A stretch of 64,000 nt of DNA from Candidatus Thermosaccharophagus tengchongensis (GCA_032161105.1 JAVHTD010000005.1); one strand, 5' to 3'; shown: positions 1 to 11,044, numbered from the stretch's first letter. Numbers and translations: made by a program. Notes: generated by a model not told the origin, from the letters alone.

Positions 1-670
1 GCGGCTTCCCACTCATGTATGCTGCGCCTTCGTCAGCCATATATTCGCGGGAGCGTGATATGGCGAGTTGAATGATCAACGCTGCAAGCGGCGCGAGAAT
101 GATGAGCAGCACAAGGGCAATTAACTGGAGGACATTGCCATTGCGCTCCCTATCCCTGCCGAACGCCCCGAACCACAGCGCCCATTGTGCCATCCTTGCC
201 AAGACCATGATTGCGCCGGCTATCGTCGCTGCGATGGCGGAGACAAGCGTATCCCTGTTGCGCACATGGGTCAACTCGTGAGCGAGCACTCCCTCAATTT
301 CGTCCTCATTGAGCAATCTGAGCAACCCCTCAGTCACAGCAACAGCTGCGTGATGTGGATCTCTTCCTGTGGCGAAGGCATTCGGCTGCATCACTGGGAT
401 TATGTAAAGGCGCGGCATTGGCAAGTTGGCTTTGGCAGTGAGTCGCCGCACGATGGCATGCAAGTGCGGATAACTTGTTGGGTCTGCTTCCCTTGCACGA
501 TACATTGCAAGCACGATCTTATCGGAGAACCACCATGCACCGAAGTTCATCAGAGCCGCTATTATCAGCGCAAACAGCATCCCGTTTTTGCCGCCAATTA
601 AGTCACCAATCAGGATGAGCAGCCCTGTTAGTGCACCAAGCAGAAGCACTGTCTTGATCTGATTGCCCAT
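1..670 (-). CDS. htpX: Zinc metalloprotease HtpX (M48), 3' end outside window
   Basis: Not in ORF track. Manual minus-strand translation gives [18 protein letters not shown]...[22 protein letters not shown]...[13 protein letters not shown] (HExxH). An alternative ATG lies at 673. Confidence 0.92.
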   Translation of the reverse strand, partial: MGNQIKTVLLLGALTGLLILIGDLIGGKNGMLFALIIAALMNFGAWWFSDKIVLAMYRAREADPTSYPHLHAIVRRLTAKANLPMPRLYIIPVMQPNAFATGRDPHHAAVAVTEGLLRLLNEDEIEGVLAHELTHVRNRDTLVSAIAATIAGAIMVLARMAQWALWFGAFGRDRERNGNVLQLIALVLLIILAPLAALIIQLAISRSREYMADEGAAYMSGKP

Positions 671-933
671 CATCTTCACCCCGTTGGGCGAGCATTTTCA
701 GCACTGTTGAAATGCAGCCACAAAGCATTATAGCGCGAGGCGGTCTCACATTTTGAAGCCCTTGTGAGAACTCCTTTGGAAGCGTCTGGCGCTAACAATG
801 CCGAGTGGATCATTTGCATTAGCTTCACCGCGAGTGCGTCATCCTAAACTTTGCAAGCAATCGTTGGTGGACTGCGAATCGCCGAATGGGGAGCTCGGCA
901 CATAGCTTTTGCGCAAAACGGTTGAAGAGGGGA

Positions 934-2862
934 GTGGTTGCCATCGGGAAGAGCGTTGCGAGAAAAATCATTGACGAGCACATAGTTGAAGGCGAGCCAA
1001 TCCCGGGACGCGAGATTGCCGTGCGGATTGACCAGACTTTGATGCAGGATGCGACGGGGACGATGGCATGCCTTGAACTTGAGGCAATGGGTATTGAGCA
1101 TGTGCGCACAAAGCTGTCAGTTTGCTATGTTGACCATAACATGCTGCAACTCGGCTTTGAGAATGCCGATGACCATCGCTTCCTTAGGACATTCGCAGCC
1201 AAGCACGGCATATATTTCTCTCGCCCCGGAAATGGCATTTGTCATCAAGTGCACCTTGAGAGGTTTGCCATCCCCGGCGAATCGCTCCTTGGCTCCGACA
1301 GCCATACCCCGACTTGTGGTGGAATCGGCATGTTAGCCATTGGCGCCGGTGGGCTTGATGTTGCACTCGCTATGGCTGGTGAGCCATTCCGAATGACCAT
1401 GCCAAAAGTTGTGCTCGTCAAGTTGACCGGCAAACTGCCAGATTGGGTTTCGGCGAAGGATGTGGCGCTTGAGCTCCTGCGCAGGCTTACGGTAAAGGGC
1501 GGCATCGGAAAGCTGTTTGAATACGGCGGTGACGGTGTGTTGGGGTTGTCCGTCCCAGAGAGAGCCACGATAGCCAACATGGGGACTGAACTTGGGGCAA
1601 CGACGAGCATTTTCCCGAGTGATGAGCAGGCGCTCGCATTCCTGCGAGCGCAGGGAAGGGAGGGCGATTGGAGACACATAGTGGCTGATGCGGATGCCGA
1701 CTACGATGGGCTGATTGAGCTTGACCTAAGTTCACTTGAGCCATTGGTCGCATGCCCGTCAAGCCCAGATAATGTCAAGCCAGTGAATGAACTTGAAGGG
1801 ACACCAGTTGACCAAGTCTGCATCGGCAGCTGCACTAACTCATCCTATCGTGATCTGATGGTGGTTGCCGAAATATTGCGCGGCAAGCGAGTTCACCCAA
1901 GGGTGAGCGTTACGCTTTCTCCGGGCTCAAGGCAAGTTCTGCTCATGCTCGTGCGCAATGGCGCGCTTGCCGAACTGCTTTCAGCTGGCGTTAGGGTGCT
2001 TGAATGCGCTTGTGGTCCGTGTGTCGGTATGGGGCAAGCGCCACCGAGCGGCGGTGTTTCACTTCGCACATTCAATCGCAACTTCAAGGGCAGGAGTGGG
2101 ACGAAGGATGACATGGTTTATCTTTGCAGCCCTGAGGTGGCGGCAGTCGCCGCAATCACTGGCGAGATAACCGACCCGAGGAAATTTGGCGACCCGCCGA
2201 GGATAGCCCTGCCAGAGCAATTTGCAATTGACGACTCGCTCATCATCCCGCCGGCTGATGATCCAAGCGAGGTTGAGGTGATTTTCGGACCGAACATAAA
2301 ACCGCTTCCAGAGTTTGACCGGCTGCCGCAAACGCTCGCCGGCACTGTGCTGATCAAGTTGAGGGACAACATCACGACCGATGACATACTCCCCAGCGGC
2401 GCGAAGGTTATGGCGCTGCGCTCCAACTTGCCGGCAATATCCGAGTTTGTGTTTGAGCGCCTTGACCCGGCATTTGTTGAGCGTGCAAAGCTTCGTGGGG
2501 GTGGCTTCATTGTCGGTGGCGAAAATTATGGGCAGGGTTCAAGCAGGGAGCATGCGGCGCTTGCGCCACGCTATTTGGGCGTGCGCGCAGTCATAGCCAA
2601 ATCTTTTGCCAGAATACATCACGCCAACTTGGTCAACTTCGGCATATTGCCGCTCACATTCTCAAGAGACGAGGATTATGACCTCATCTCCTGCGGCGAC
2701 GAGCTTGAGATGCCAGATGTCATTGGGCGTCTCAGGGAGGGGCAGCCTATACTCGTGCGCAACCTGAGCAACGGGAGCGAGTTCATGGCTGAGTATTCGC
2801 TCACGAGGCGTCAGGTTGAGATCGTCATTGCCGGCGGCGTGCTTAACATTGCCCGAAGGTGA
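934..2862 (+). CDS. Aconitate hydratase (compact single-chain aconitase-family Fe-S hydro-lyase)
   Basis: QDATG, DSHT, CIGSCTN, CGPCVG, NRNF and GSSREHA motifs; large and swivel domains fused. GTG at 934 follows GAGGGG (ORF open from 886). Confidence 0.88.
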   Translation: MVAIGKSVARKIIDEHIVEGEPIPGREIAVRIDQTLMQDATGTMACLELEAMGIEHVRTKLSVCYVDHNMLQLGFENADDHRFLRTFAAKHGIYFSRPGNGICHQVHLERFAIPGESLLGSDSHTPTCGGIGMLAIGAGGLDVALAMAGEPFRMTMPKVVLVKLTGKLPDWVSAKDVALELLRRLTVKGGIGKLFEYGGDGVLGLSVPERATIANMGTELGATTSIFPSDEQALAFLRAQGREGDWRHIVADADADYDGLIELDLSSLEPLVACPSSPDNVKPVNELEGTPVDQVCIGSCTNSSYRDLMVVAEILRGKRVHPRVSVTLSPGSRQVLLMLVRNGALAELLSAGVRVLECACGPCVGMGQAPPSGGVSLRTFNRNFKGRSGTKDDMVYLCSPEVAAVAAITGEITDPRKFGDPPRIALPEQFAIDDSLIIPPADDPSEVEVIFGPNIKPLPEFDRLPQTLAGTVLIKLRDNITTDDILPSGAKVMALRSNLPAISEFVFERLDPAFVERAKLRGGGFIVGGENYGQGSSREHAALAPRYLGVRAVIAKSFARIHHANLVNFGILPLTFSRDEDYDLISCGDELEMPDVIGRLREGQPILVRNLSNGSEFMAEYSLTRRQVEIVIAGGVLNIARR

Positions 2863-2877
2863 AGGTTCATCCTGTGA

Positions 2878-4149
2878 GTGGTGATGGCGATGAGGCTCTC
2901 CGATGGTGTTGCCGAGGAGGTGCTGGATAACGGCTTAAAGGTGTTGGTCAAGGAGGACCACACAACTCCGCTCGCAAGCTGCTACATGTGGTATCGCCTT
3001 GGCTCAAGGAATGAACACCCGGGTATAACGGGCATATCGCATTGGGTTGAGCATATGCTCTTCAAGGGGACGCCGAGGTTCCCGAAGGAGCTGCTAACGC
3101 GCTTGATAGAGCGAAAGGGTGGGCGCTGGAATGGGTTCACATCGCATGACTATACCGCTTACTTTGAGGACTTGCCCTCAAGCGACATAGAACTTGCGCT
3201 GCAAATTGAGTCCGATAGAATGACCAACGCCATCTTTGACCCGAAGGAAGTTGAGGCTGAGCGGACGGTCATCATAAGCGAGCGCCAAGGCGCAGAGAAC
3301 CATCCCGAGTTTTTGCTCAGTGAGGCAGTTCATGCTGTGGCATTTATAGCTCATCCATACCGATGGAGCGTCATCGGGTATGAGTCAGACCTGCGCTCAA
3401 TAACTCGTGATGAGCTGTTCTCCTATTATAAGCGCTACTATGCCCCAAACAACGCCGTTCTTGTCGTCGTCGGGGATGTTAAGGTGGATCGCATAATTGA
3501 GCTTGCAAGGAGGCACTTTGGCGAACTGGCGCGCGGCGAGACACCACCGGAGCCGAGAACAAAAGAGCCGGAGCAAAGGGGCGAAAGGCGCGTTACCGTC
3601 AGGAGGGAAGCATACGGCGAGTATGTCTTTATCGCCTATCACACGCCATCCGCTGCGTGCGAGGATATTCCCGCACTGTGCATCCTTGAAGCCATTCTCA
3701 GCATGGGTAAAAGCTCAAGGCTATACCGAAACTTGGTTGAAGGCAACATAGCAGTTTGGGCAGAAGCTCATTTGCACCTCGCGATAGACCCATCGCTGTT
3801 CTGGATGCGCGCTCAGGCGAGGGATGGCATCAATGTTGAGCACCTTGAAAGGGCGCTTCTAACAGAGGTTGAGCGCATCGTTCAAGACGGAGTTACGGCT
3901 CAGGAGCTCCAAAGAGCCTTAAGCCAAGTGGAAGCCTCCTTCATCTACTCTCAGGAAGGCGTCTCAATGAGGGCGATGCAGCTCGGCTTCTTTGAAATCC
4001 TCTCAAGCTACAAATACGCCGATGAGTTGCTTGAGCGCGTGAGGGCTGTGAGTGCCGACGAAGTGCAAGCGGTGGCTCAGCGCTACTTGCACGAGGACAA
4101 TCGCACTGTCGGGCACTTCATACCGACTTCATCTGGAAGGTCATCTTAA
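2878..4149 (+). CDS. M16 (pitrilysin-like) zinc peptidase, catalytic subunit
   Basis: GISHWVEHMLFKGT (HxxEH) and NGFTSHDYTAY motifs. Confidence 0.9.
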   Translation: MVMAMRLSDGVAEEVLDNGLKVLVKEDHTTPLASCYMWYRLGSRNEHPGITGISHWVEHMLFKGTPRFPKELLTRLIERKGGRWNGFTSHDYTAYFEDLPSSDIELALQIESDRMTNAIFDPKEVEAERTVIISERQGAENHPEFLLSEAVHAVAFIAHPYRWSVIGYESDLRSITRDELFSYYKRYYAPNNAVLVVVGDVKVDRIIELARRHFGELARGETPPEPRTKEPEQRGERRVTVRREAYGEYVFIAYHTPSAACEDIPALCILEAILSMGKSSRLYRNLVEGNIAVWAEAHLHLAIDPSLFWMRAQARDGINVEHLERALLTEVERIVQDGVTAQELQRALSQVEASFIYSQEGVSMRAMQLGFFEILSSYKYADELLERVRAVSADEVQAVAQRYLHEDNRTVGHFIPTSSGRSS

Positions 4150-4155
4150 GCGAAT

Positions 4156-5505
4156 GTGGAAGTTACTCAGGCATGCCTCAACGGGGTGAGTGGGATGAGG
4201 TCTCACTTATGGTGCATGGGTGGTATACCCTCCACATCGCCCATACATTGCGAGCCGATAGTCCATGTGCTTGATAACGGCATTACGGTCATCGCCGTTG
4301 AAAGGCGCAATCACCCGAGCGTGGCGATTTGCAGCTCCTTTGTGGCTGGGAGCATCAGGGATGCGCATGGCATGCGCGGCTTGGCAAATTTAACATCGCA
4401 AATGATTACGAGGGGGACGGCGAAACGCACATGGGTTCAAATTGCTGAGGAACTTGAGGATGTTGGAGCTCGCATATGGACTTGGTGCTCTCACGACTTT
4501 TCTGGCGTTGGTGTGAGCTGCCTTTCAAAGCATGTTGAGCGATCAATGGATGTGCTTTCGGATGTGTTGCTCAATCCATCTTTCCCGAGTGATGAGCTTG
4601 AAAAATGCAAGCTGCGCACAATAACACAGCTGCACACCCTTGATGACGATCCGTGGGCAGTTGCGGCAAAGATGATGCGCAAAGCGCTGTATCCCGAAGG
4701 GCATCCATACCGATATTTTTCGGAGGGGGAAGCGGAGGACATCCAGAAGCTGGATAGAGATGCGCTTTGCGAATTTCATCGGCGTTGGTATCGCCCGCAT
4801 GGAGCTGCATTAGCCATCATTGGTGACATCGCGCCAGATGAGGCAATCAAGTTGGCACAGCGTTATTTGGGCGAGTGGGAGGCTGGTATTGGTGAAGTTG
4901 AAGTGGGGGGCGTCTTGGAGGTCCAGCCGCAACCACCCAAATTTGAAGTCCGAACTATGGCTGACAAATCACAGGTTGCAGTCATGCTTGGTCAGCTCTG
5001 CGTGAGCAGGCGTGACGCTGACTATTATGCCCTCAGCGTCTTCAACTGCATTCTCGGCGGCAGCGCAGGCATCGGAAGGTTGTTCAATAGAGTTAGAGGT
5101 GAAGAGGGGCTCGCATACAGCGTTTGGTCGCGCATCTCGGGGCGATTGGGCAAAGGGATGTTTATAGCGGGTGCTGGCGTTGCTCCGGATAATGTCAAGA
5201 GGGCGATTGAGAGCATGCGGAATCAGATTAGGGCAATGTGCTCCGATGAGCCGCCAAACCAGGAGGAGCTGAACGACGCTGTTAATTACATCGTTGGCAG
5301 CTTCATCTTCCGTATTGAGACAAATGCGGGCATGGCTCAGGCGCTGTTGGATGCGCACATGTATGGACTTGGAGTTGACTACCTGAAAAGGCGAGAGGAG
5401 ATATACCGCTCAATTACGCTTGAGCAGGTGATTGAAGCCGCTCAAAGGCACATCAGCGTTGATTCGCTCTCGGTAGCTGTGGCAGGACCTTGGAGTGAAA
5501 AGTGA
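4156..5505 (+). CDS. M16 peptidase partner subunit (non-catalytic)
   Basis: M16 fold motifs (GLANLTSQMITRGT, RLFNRVRGEEGLAYSV) without HxxEH; directly downstream of the catalytic subunit; start uncertain. Confidence 0.85.
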   Translation: MEVTQACLNGVSGMRSHLWCMGGIPSTSPIHCEPIVHVLDNGITVIAVERRNHPSVAICSSFVAGSIRDAHGMRGLANLTSQMITRGTAKRTWVQIAEELEDVGARIWTWCSHDFSGVGVSCLSKHVERSMDVLSDVLLNPSFPSDELEKCKLRTITQLHTLDDDPWAVAAKMMRKALYPEGHPYRYFSEGEAEDIQKLDRDALCEFHRRWYRPHGAALAIIGDIAPDEAIKLAQRYLGEWEAGIGEVEVGGVLEVQPQPPKFEVRTMADKSQVAVMLGQLCVSRRDADYYALSVFNCILGGSAGIGRLFNRVRGEEGLAYSVWSRISGRLGKGMFIAGAGVAPDNVKRAIESMRNQIRAMCSDEPPNQEELNDAVNYIVGSFIFRIETNAGMAQALLDAHMYGLGVDYLKRREEIYRSITLEQVIEAAQRHISVDSLSVAVAGPWSEK

Positions 5506-6314
5506 TGGGCGTCATTTTTGATTCGCTCAGCAGCATCATCCGTTATAGGCAGCTCATTTATGTGCTCGTTTGGCGCGAGTTGCGCCTCCGCTACAAGCGA
5601 ACCGTCCTTGGGATACTTTGGTCACTTGCGCCACCAATTGCGCAGGTGCTCATACTTGTTATCGTCGTTGAGCACTTCTTCAAGCGCGACCTGCCCAACA
5701 TATCGGCATACTTCATGTGCGTCGTTTTTGCGTGGCAATTCTTTAGCGCCTCAATACTTGATGGGTGCTCATCACTCCTTCAACACGGCTCATTGGTCAA
5801 GGCTTTCCCCTTCCCGAGAGAAGTCTTGCCGTTTGTTTCCGTCCTGAGCAACTTGGTTCACTTCCTCATAAGCATGCTCGTTCTCCTTGTCTATTTGCTC
5901 GCTTTAAAGGTTCACCTCCAAACGAGGGCGCTCTTTGTTCCAGTCATCATTATCGGTCAAGTGATGCTCTCCACAGGTTTAGCGCTCATGCTTTCCTGCT
6001 GGACAGTCTACTACCACGATGTGAAGTTCATCGCGGACACGGCACTTAAGTGGCTTTATTTTGCGGTGCCGATCATGTATTTCCTTGAGGATGTGCCGCA
6101 TGGCTGGCTTCGCTTTTACTTGCTTAACCCAGTGGCTGTCTACATTGACGCATACAGGCGCTTGCTCATGTATCCGCCACCGCTTCCAAACAGGCAAGCG
6201 CTGCCGATTGATTGGATGCACATCATCATGGCGCTGATGACTTCCGCCATCGTTCTCCTCCTCGGTCTCCTCATCTTCCGAAAGCATTCCGACAAGCTCG
6301 CTGAGTGGCTTTAA
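5502..6314 (+). CDS. ABC-2 type permease, Wzm-like (polysaccharide export)
   Basis: RELRLRYKRTVLGILWSL and LNPVAVYIDAYR motifs; six hydrophobic segments. Confidence 0.85.
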   Translation: MMGVIFDSLSSIIRYRQLIYVLVWRELRLRYKRTVLGILWSLAPPIAQVLILVIVVEHFFKRDLPNISAYFMCVVFAWQFFSASILDGCSSLLQHGSLVKAFPFPREVLPFVSVLSNLVHFLISMLVLLVYLLALKVHLQTRALFVPVIIIGQVMLSTGLALMLSCWTVYYHDVKFIADTALKWLYFAVPIMYFLEDVPHGWLRFYLLNPVAVYIDAYRRLLMYPPPLPNRQALPIDWMHIIMALMTSAIVLLLGLLIFRKHSDKLAEWL

Positions 6315-6353
6315 AAATTTTTCGCGGGAAAAGCGCGGCTTGAAATTGGCACC

Positions 6354-9300
6354 TCATCGGCTTGCGTCCTCTCCCTGCATAAACCGAACCATATCAAGCG
6401 GCTTGAGCTGAGTTGGCTCATCAAGCCACTTTAGGAAGACTTTCACAGCTTGCGATTTGGTCATCTCGCGTCCTATAAGCCTTTCACACAGCGATTTCAA
6501 GCTCCTCACGGCGATCGGCGTCGGCGATATTGCCGCATTGATGCACTCAATCACATCGTCGCTGAGCGCTTCAAGCCAGACATCATTACTCTCGCTCGCG
6601 CTCAAGCTCAGCAGGCGCTTCAACCGCTGCCTCGTGATGGATGTCGGAAGGCGTTCCATGAATGATTCAACTTTGCCCCTCAAATCTGGTGCAAGGAGGC
6701 GCCCCTTGCACTCATCGGCTATCTCCTCAATCCGCTTTTCCATCTCCTCAGGCGGTGTTAGGGAGAGGTGTTCGCCGAGCATCAGCTTGCAGCTCTGGCA
6801 CACTGGCGAGTCACGAAGCTGGCGCATAAGCTGCTCTTTTGTGACGGTGCATCGCTTTGACAGTTCGGCTCCGATTGCCCTAATCGCCTCAGCAGCGCCC
6901 ATCACCTGCAGGCGTAGCTGCGCCGCTCTGCTGAGCAGCCTGAAGGCGCTGTGATGCCTGAGCTTGATGTATGGCTCAAAGCGTGAGGCGTTATGTTCAT
7001 TCTCGTGGTGTGTCAAATATTGCTCCGTGTAATTGCGGAGCAACTCCTCCCAAGACGAGATGAGCCAATCAAGCTTGCCCAAGATGACTTCACCTTCATC
7101 AATGCTCTCAACCAAGCGCTCTGAGAGCACTTTCAGTTCATCGCTGAGCCTCAAATTCGCGCTCGTTAGCCAAGCGTGTATTTTCCGCAGCTCGCCGCAC
7201 TTTGCCAGCGAGTTGTAAATTTGAACGCACACATCCCATGCTGACTTGAGTTCATCTTCGCTCACTCCGTTGGCGTGGAGGGTTGCAACCCATCCTTTGA
7301 GACCATCATGCGGCATCAGCTCATCTGATATGGCGCTTACGGCTACACTTACAGTCCCAATGGCATTGAGCGATTGAGACCACATGGCGCTGCTGTGTTG
7401 CAGTTGCGTCATTAGCGTGACCAATTCGCCGTGCGCCCGTTCGCACATTTCGGATGCATGTCCCTTCCACGAGGTGAGGTTTCTCCAGAGCACTTGAACT
7501 GCAGCTGGATGAGGGGAGCCCTCAACTTTTGGTGGCGGTATTTGGATGGCGCTCGCATACGAAGTTACGGCTTCCCAAGTTTCTCGGTCAACGAGCGGTG
7601 CTGCGCTTAATGCTGCCACTTGCCTGTGGAGTGGTGAGCCAAGCCGTTGCGGCAGCAACGGTGAGCCGTATCTGTCATGCGCCATAACCTCGCCACGCCT
7701 GAGCAGCGCCGCAATGAGCAATTCAAGCTGCTCATCACGGAGCCCATACTCGCTTTTACGGGCTGTAGCGGCAAGCTGCTCATATGCAATTGGCGCATCC
7801 AAGCTGGCTATTAGCTCGCATATGAGCTTTAAAGCGCCCTCGCATGGTGCAGCGCCATCAAGCACCTGTGTAGTTATTCCGAGCGGCATTGCAACGCATC
7901 TCCAAAGCTCCTTCAGGTCGGCGCTCAGCCTTTGCGGGTTCTCACCAGCTAAGATTGAGTTGATGAGCCTTTTATGTTCGTCCGAGGGGCGCAACGGTGA
8001 GCGTGGTGCAACGGATGTAAACTGGGGGAAGACCTTCGGAACAGATGCGCCAGCGATTGCCACAAGGACATCGCTAAGGGATGCCTCAGTCGGTATGAGC
8101 GCCGATATGGGGAGCTTCCTTTCACCGACGAGCAATGTGCCGCCTAAGTATGCATTGCGCATTATCCGCTGCGTCTCATTTGCCCTTGCAGTCTCCTCCT
8201 CCCGCAAGCGCTTGTATATTGCCATTCCAATGTCGCTATCCCTGAGCGATGGGTCGTTTATCAGGATTGATGCAGCAGCGTTTTCCGTCAGGCGAATCAT
8301 CTCGCCTCTGCCGATTGTTTTCGGGATGAGAATGGCTATTGCGAACTTGAACCGATTCTCCTCAAGTGAGCGCAGCAGCTCCGCAGCGCACTTAACTTGC
8401 TCATCTGTTGCGATTGGCGGCGCGATGAGAATGTGGATATCGTAAGTGCACGATGGGGAAGCGATATGGTGTTGAAGTCTGAGCAGCCACTCAGCTGTAA
8501 CCTCCCTCAGGTCAATGCACTGCAGCATGAGATTGAACTGCGCATTTTGCCACTCAACTGCCGCTGTTCGCCCAAAGCCGATTTGCGGCATTGGCAGCGG
8601 TGATGTTGACATCGCCCTTAACGCATATTCAATCACCCTGATGTCCCCTTCCGAGAGTGTGTCAATTAACGCCTGCAGCCTCCGCCGAAGCATTTCCGTT
8701 GTGGTTGCGCCCAAGTCAACGGAATACACATCGCCGTAATCTTCCTCACGCCTGAGGCAGTCAATGTAGTTTGCGCTCATGCGCAATGTCTCCAGCAGCG
8801 AGAGCATGTAGCTGTAGTTCATTTCGGCACCCAAGCCCAAGTCCCAAAGGAATGTGTGAGAGAGCTTCCTCACTGGCGCATCCATGCCCGCAATCTTGAA
8901 TGCCACAAGCGCCCTCACAAGCTTCCTCACAGCTTCCTTTCGCTCGGGGAAAAGTTCGCCCACCCTCTCATCAAGGTGAGGGACAACTTCGTCGGCGTAT
9001 GAGTGCAGTTCGGGATGTGAAAGGATGTCGGCGTAAAAGTGCTCGTAGATTGCGTCTGGAGTGATTAGTTGAAATGCATCACAGTCGGCAAGGCGCATCG
9101 CTTGACTTTGAACGAAATCAACGATTGAGCGAGTCCTTGAGAAGAATCGTCCAGCGGCTCTCTCAAGGCATGCGAGCGTGAACGGGTGCAGCGGATAGCA
9201 CGCCATCAATTCCTCAGCGCTGAATTCAATCATGGGGAAGGCTTGTGTGAGTTTTCGGTGCCATTGGAGCATGAGTTGTGTGAACTGGCGCTCGTCCTTC

Positions 9301-10130
9301 AGCGGGAGCAAGTTCCTTCGTATGAGCTGGCGTGCATGCGCAAACGAAAGCGCATAGCGCACATATCTGTCCTTGATTTGCGTTATGGAATACGGCTCAA
9401 GCTCACCGAGCTCCTCAACTGTTCGTTGTATGGCTGCGATCAACCATGTATGCGAGCGCTGGCAATATTGCGCGATGAATTGAAGGAATGACGCATCAGC
9501 TTGCAGTTGGCTGTGTTCCTTTGCCTGAAGAAACATTGAGAGCTCATCAATGAGCCAAAGCATGCGCTCATACCCAAGCTCATTTGCAGCCCTTTGAAGT
9601 GCTCCGAGCGCCTCAGCACGCGATGGCGGCATTTTGGTCGGCAGATTTTGAGTTGCCTTGTGAGGGTGAATTCGCCTCAGCGATGCGACGGTCTCTTCCC
9701 AGAGAATTTGCTCAAGCGGCGCTTTTGGGGAATAGGAATCCAAGCTGATGAATGTGACCAACCACTTGTGCTTAGCGATTTCGCTCACCAATTTGGCATA
9801 GCGTTCGTGCGAGCGCGTGAAGAGCTCTCTCGCCCATTGGAACTGGCAGAGGAGCCCGATGATGGCGAGCATATGGCTTTTCCCCGTCCCGAACGCGCCG
9901 CTAACCATGTATGCGCAGCCATTCGCTTTGCTCATGCCCGTGAGTATGCCCTCAATTGCGGCTTCATTTGCCCCGTGAACGACGAGGTATGATGCCGTGA
10001 TTTCTCGCAGCGCCTCTTGCCTTGCCCCTTCAAGTTCGGCGTGAGCGGCATGTGAGATGCTGGCGAGTTGAATTACGGTTGGCACGCCCCTTATCTCCAC
10101 TAAGTCGCCAATTCGCATGAGAGGATTCAC
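6354..10130 (-). CDS. Large P-loop ATPase, DUF6079 / BrxC-PglY-like
   Basis: Walker A GAFGTGKSH, Walker B LWLIDE, YPLHP motif, long helical region, C-terminal PVCQSC; 1258 aa. Confidence 0.7.
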   Translation of the reverse strand: MNPLMRIGDLVEIRGVPTVIQLASISHAAHAELEGARQEALREITASYLVVHGANEAAIEGILTGMSKANGCAYMVSGAFGTGKSHMLAIIGLLCQFQWARELFTRSHERYAKLVSEIAKHKWLVTFISLDSYSPKAPLEQILWEETVASLRRIHPHKATQNLPTKMPPSRAEALGALQRAANELGYERMLWLIDELSMFLQAKEHSQLQADASFLQFIAQYCQRSHTWLIAAIQRTVEELGELEPYSITQIKDRYVRYALSFAHARQLIRRNLLPLKDERQFTQLMLQWHRKLTQAFPMIEFSAEELMACYPLHPFTLACLERAAGRFFSRTRSIVDFVQSQAMRLADCDAFQLITPDAIYEHFYADILSHPELHSYADEVVPHLDERVGELFPERKEAVRKLVRALVAFKIAGMDAPVRKLSHTFLWDLGLGAEMNYSYMLSLLETLRMSANYIDCLRREEDYGDVYSVDLGATTTEMLRRRLQALIDTLSEGDIRVIEYALRAMSTSPLPMPQIGFGRTAAVEWQNAQFNLMLQCIDLREVTAEWLLRLQHHIASPSCTYDIHILIAPPIATDEQVKCAAELLRSLEENRFKFAIAILIPKTIGRGEMIRLTENAAASILINDPSLRDSDIGMAIYKRLREEETARANETQRIMRNAYLGGTLLVGERKLPISALIPTEASLSDVLVAIAGASVPKVFPQFTSVAPRSPLRPSDEHKRLINSILAGENPQRLSADLKELWRCVAMPLGITTQVLDGAAPCEGALKLICELIASLDAPIAYEQLAATARKSEYGLRDEQLELLIAALLRRGEVMAHDRYGSPLLPQRLGSPLHRQVAALSAAPLVDRETWEAVTSYASAIQIPPPKVEGSPHPAAVQVLWRNLTSWKGHASEMCERAHGELVTLMTQLQHSSAMWSQSLNAIGTVSVAVSAISDELMPHDGLKGWVATLHANGVSEDELKSAWDVCVQIYNSLAKCGELRKIHAWLTSANLRLSDELKVLSERLVESIDEGEVILGKLDWLISSWEELLRNYTEQYLTHHENEHNASRFEPYIKLRHHSAFRLLSRAAQLRLQVMGAAEAIRAIGAELSKRCTVTKEQLMRQLRDSPVCQSCKLMLGEHLSLTPPEEMEKRIEEIADECKGRLLAPDLRGKVESFMERLPTSITRQRLKRLLSLSASESNDVWLEALSDDVIECINAAISPTPIAVRSLKSLCERLIGREMTKSQAVKVFLKWLDEPTQLKPLDMVRFMQGEDASR

Positions 10131-10210
10131 CCCCTTCCGAATGCTATCACGAGATGGCTATGTGTGGTATCATCACTTGCAGCTTAAGGGCTGCTTTGGA
10201 GGTGAGATTC

Positions 10211-11044
10211 ATGCTTCTCCTAATGTTTGCCAAGCACCTTCAGGAGTTGGGCATTGAGGGTATGGCGGATGCGATTGCTGAACTCGGCTTTGACGGCGTT
10301 GACCTGACCGTGAGAGAAGGCGGTAGCATTGCCCCAAGTGATGCGAAGCATCATCTCCCGAAGGCGAAAAAGGCATTTGAGGAGCGTGGGCTTGTCATCG
10401 GGATGCTCACGACATCAATCACATCGCCGAATGATGGGCATGTTGAGGACATAGTCGGGAGCGCAAGCGACCTCGGGATAAAGTTCATCAAGCTCGGGTA
10501 TTGGCGATACGATGCCTTTGGAACGCTCAGAGGGCGCATAAGCGATGTGCGTCGCTCACTTAGCGGTCTGGAGAAAATCGCCGAAAGATATGGCGTCACA
10601 TTTGGCGTGCACACGCACAGCGGCAACTTCGTCACTTGCGATGGCGCAATCACTTTCATGCTCCTTGATGGCTTTCCGAGTGAGCGAATTTGCGCATACA
10701 TTGATCCAGGTCACATGACAGTTGAGGGTGGTCTTTGCGGTTGGAAGGCGTGCATTGACTTACTCGGCGATTATGTTCGCATGGTTGCCGTTAAGGATTT
10801 TGCATGGCGTGCGGTGAAGGACGAATTTGGCAATGTCAAATGGAGGGTTGAAGCGGCGCCGTTGCGCGACGGCATAACCAGATGGGATGAGGTTTTTGAC
10901 TGCCTTTCAAAGCTCGGCTTTGATGGCGTCATAAGCGTGCACAGCGAGTATCCGAATATGAGCGCGCATCAGATCATTGAGCAGACGAGGCTTGACCTCC
11001 AATACCTTCGCCCGATAATTGAGAGCACATTGCGCAGGAGTTAG
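10211..11044 (+). CDS. Sugar-phosphate isomerase/epimerase family TIM-barrel protein
   Basis: GFDGVDLTVR, DPGH, VKD and HSEY metal-ligand pattern; GGAGGT RBS. Confidence 0.8.
   Translation: MLLLMFAKHLQELGIEGMADAIAELGFDGVDLTVREGGSIAPSDAKHHLPKAKKAFEERGLVIGMLTTSITSPNDGHVEDIVGSASDLGIKFIKLGYWRYDAFGTLRGRISDVRRSLSGLEKIAERYGVTFGVHTHSGNFVTCDGAITFMLLDGFPSERICAYIDPGHMTVEGGLCGWKACIDLLGDYVRMVAVKDFAWRAVKDEFGNVKWRVEAAPLRDGITRWDEVFDCLSKLGFDGVISVHSEYPNMSAHQIIEQTRLDLQYLRPIIESTLRRS

Noticed and set aside
72..601. Plus-strand ORFs 72..281 and 185..601
   Set aside because: Antisense shadows of htpX.
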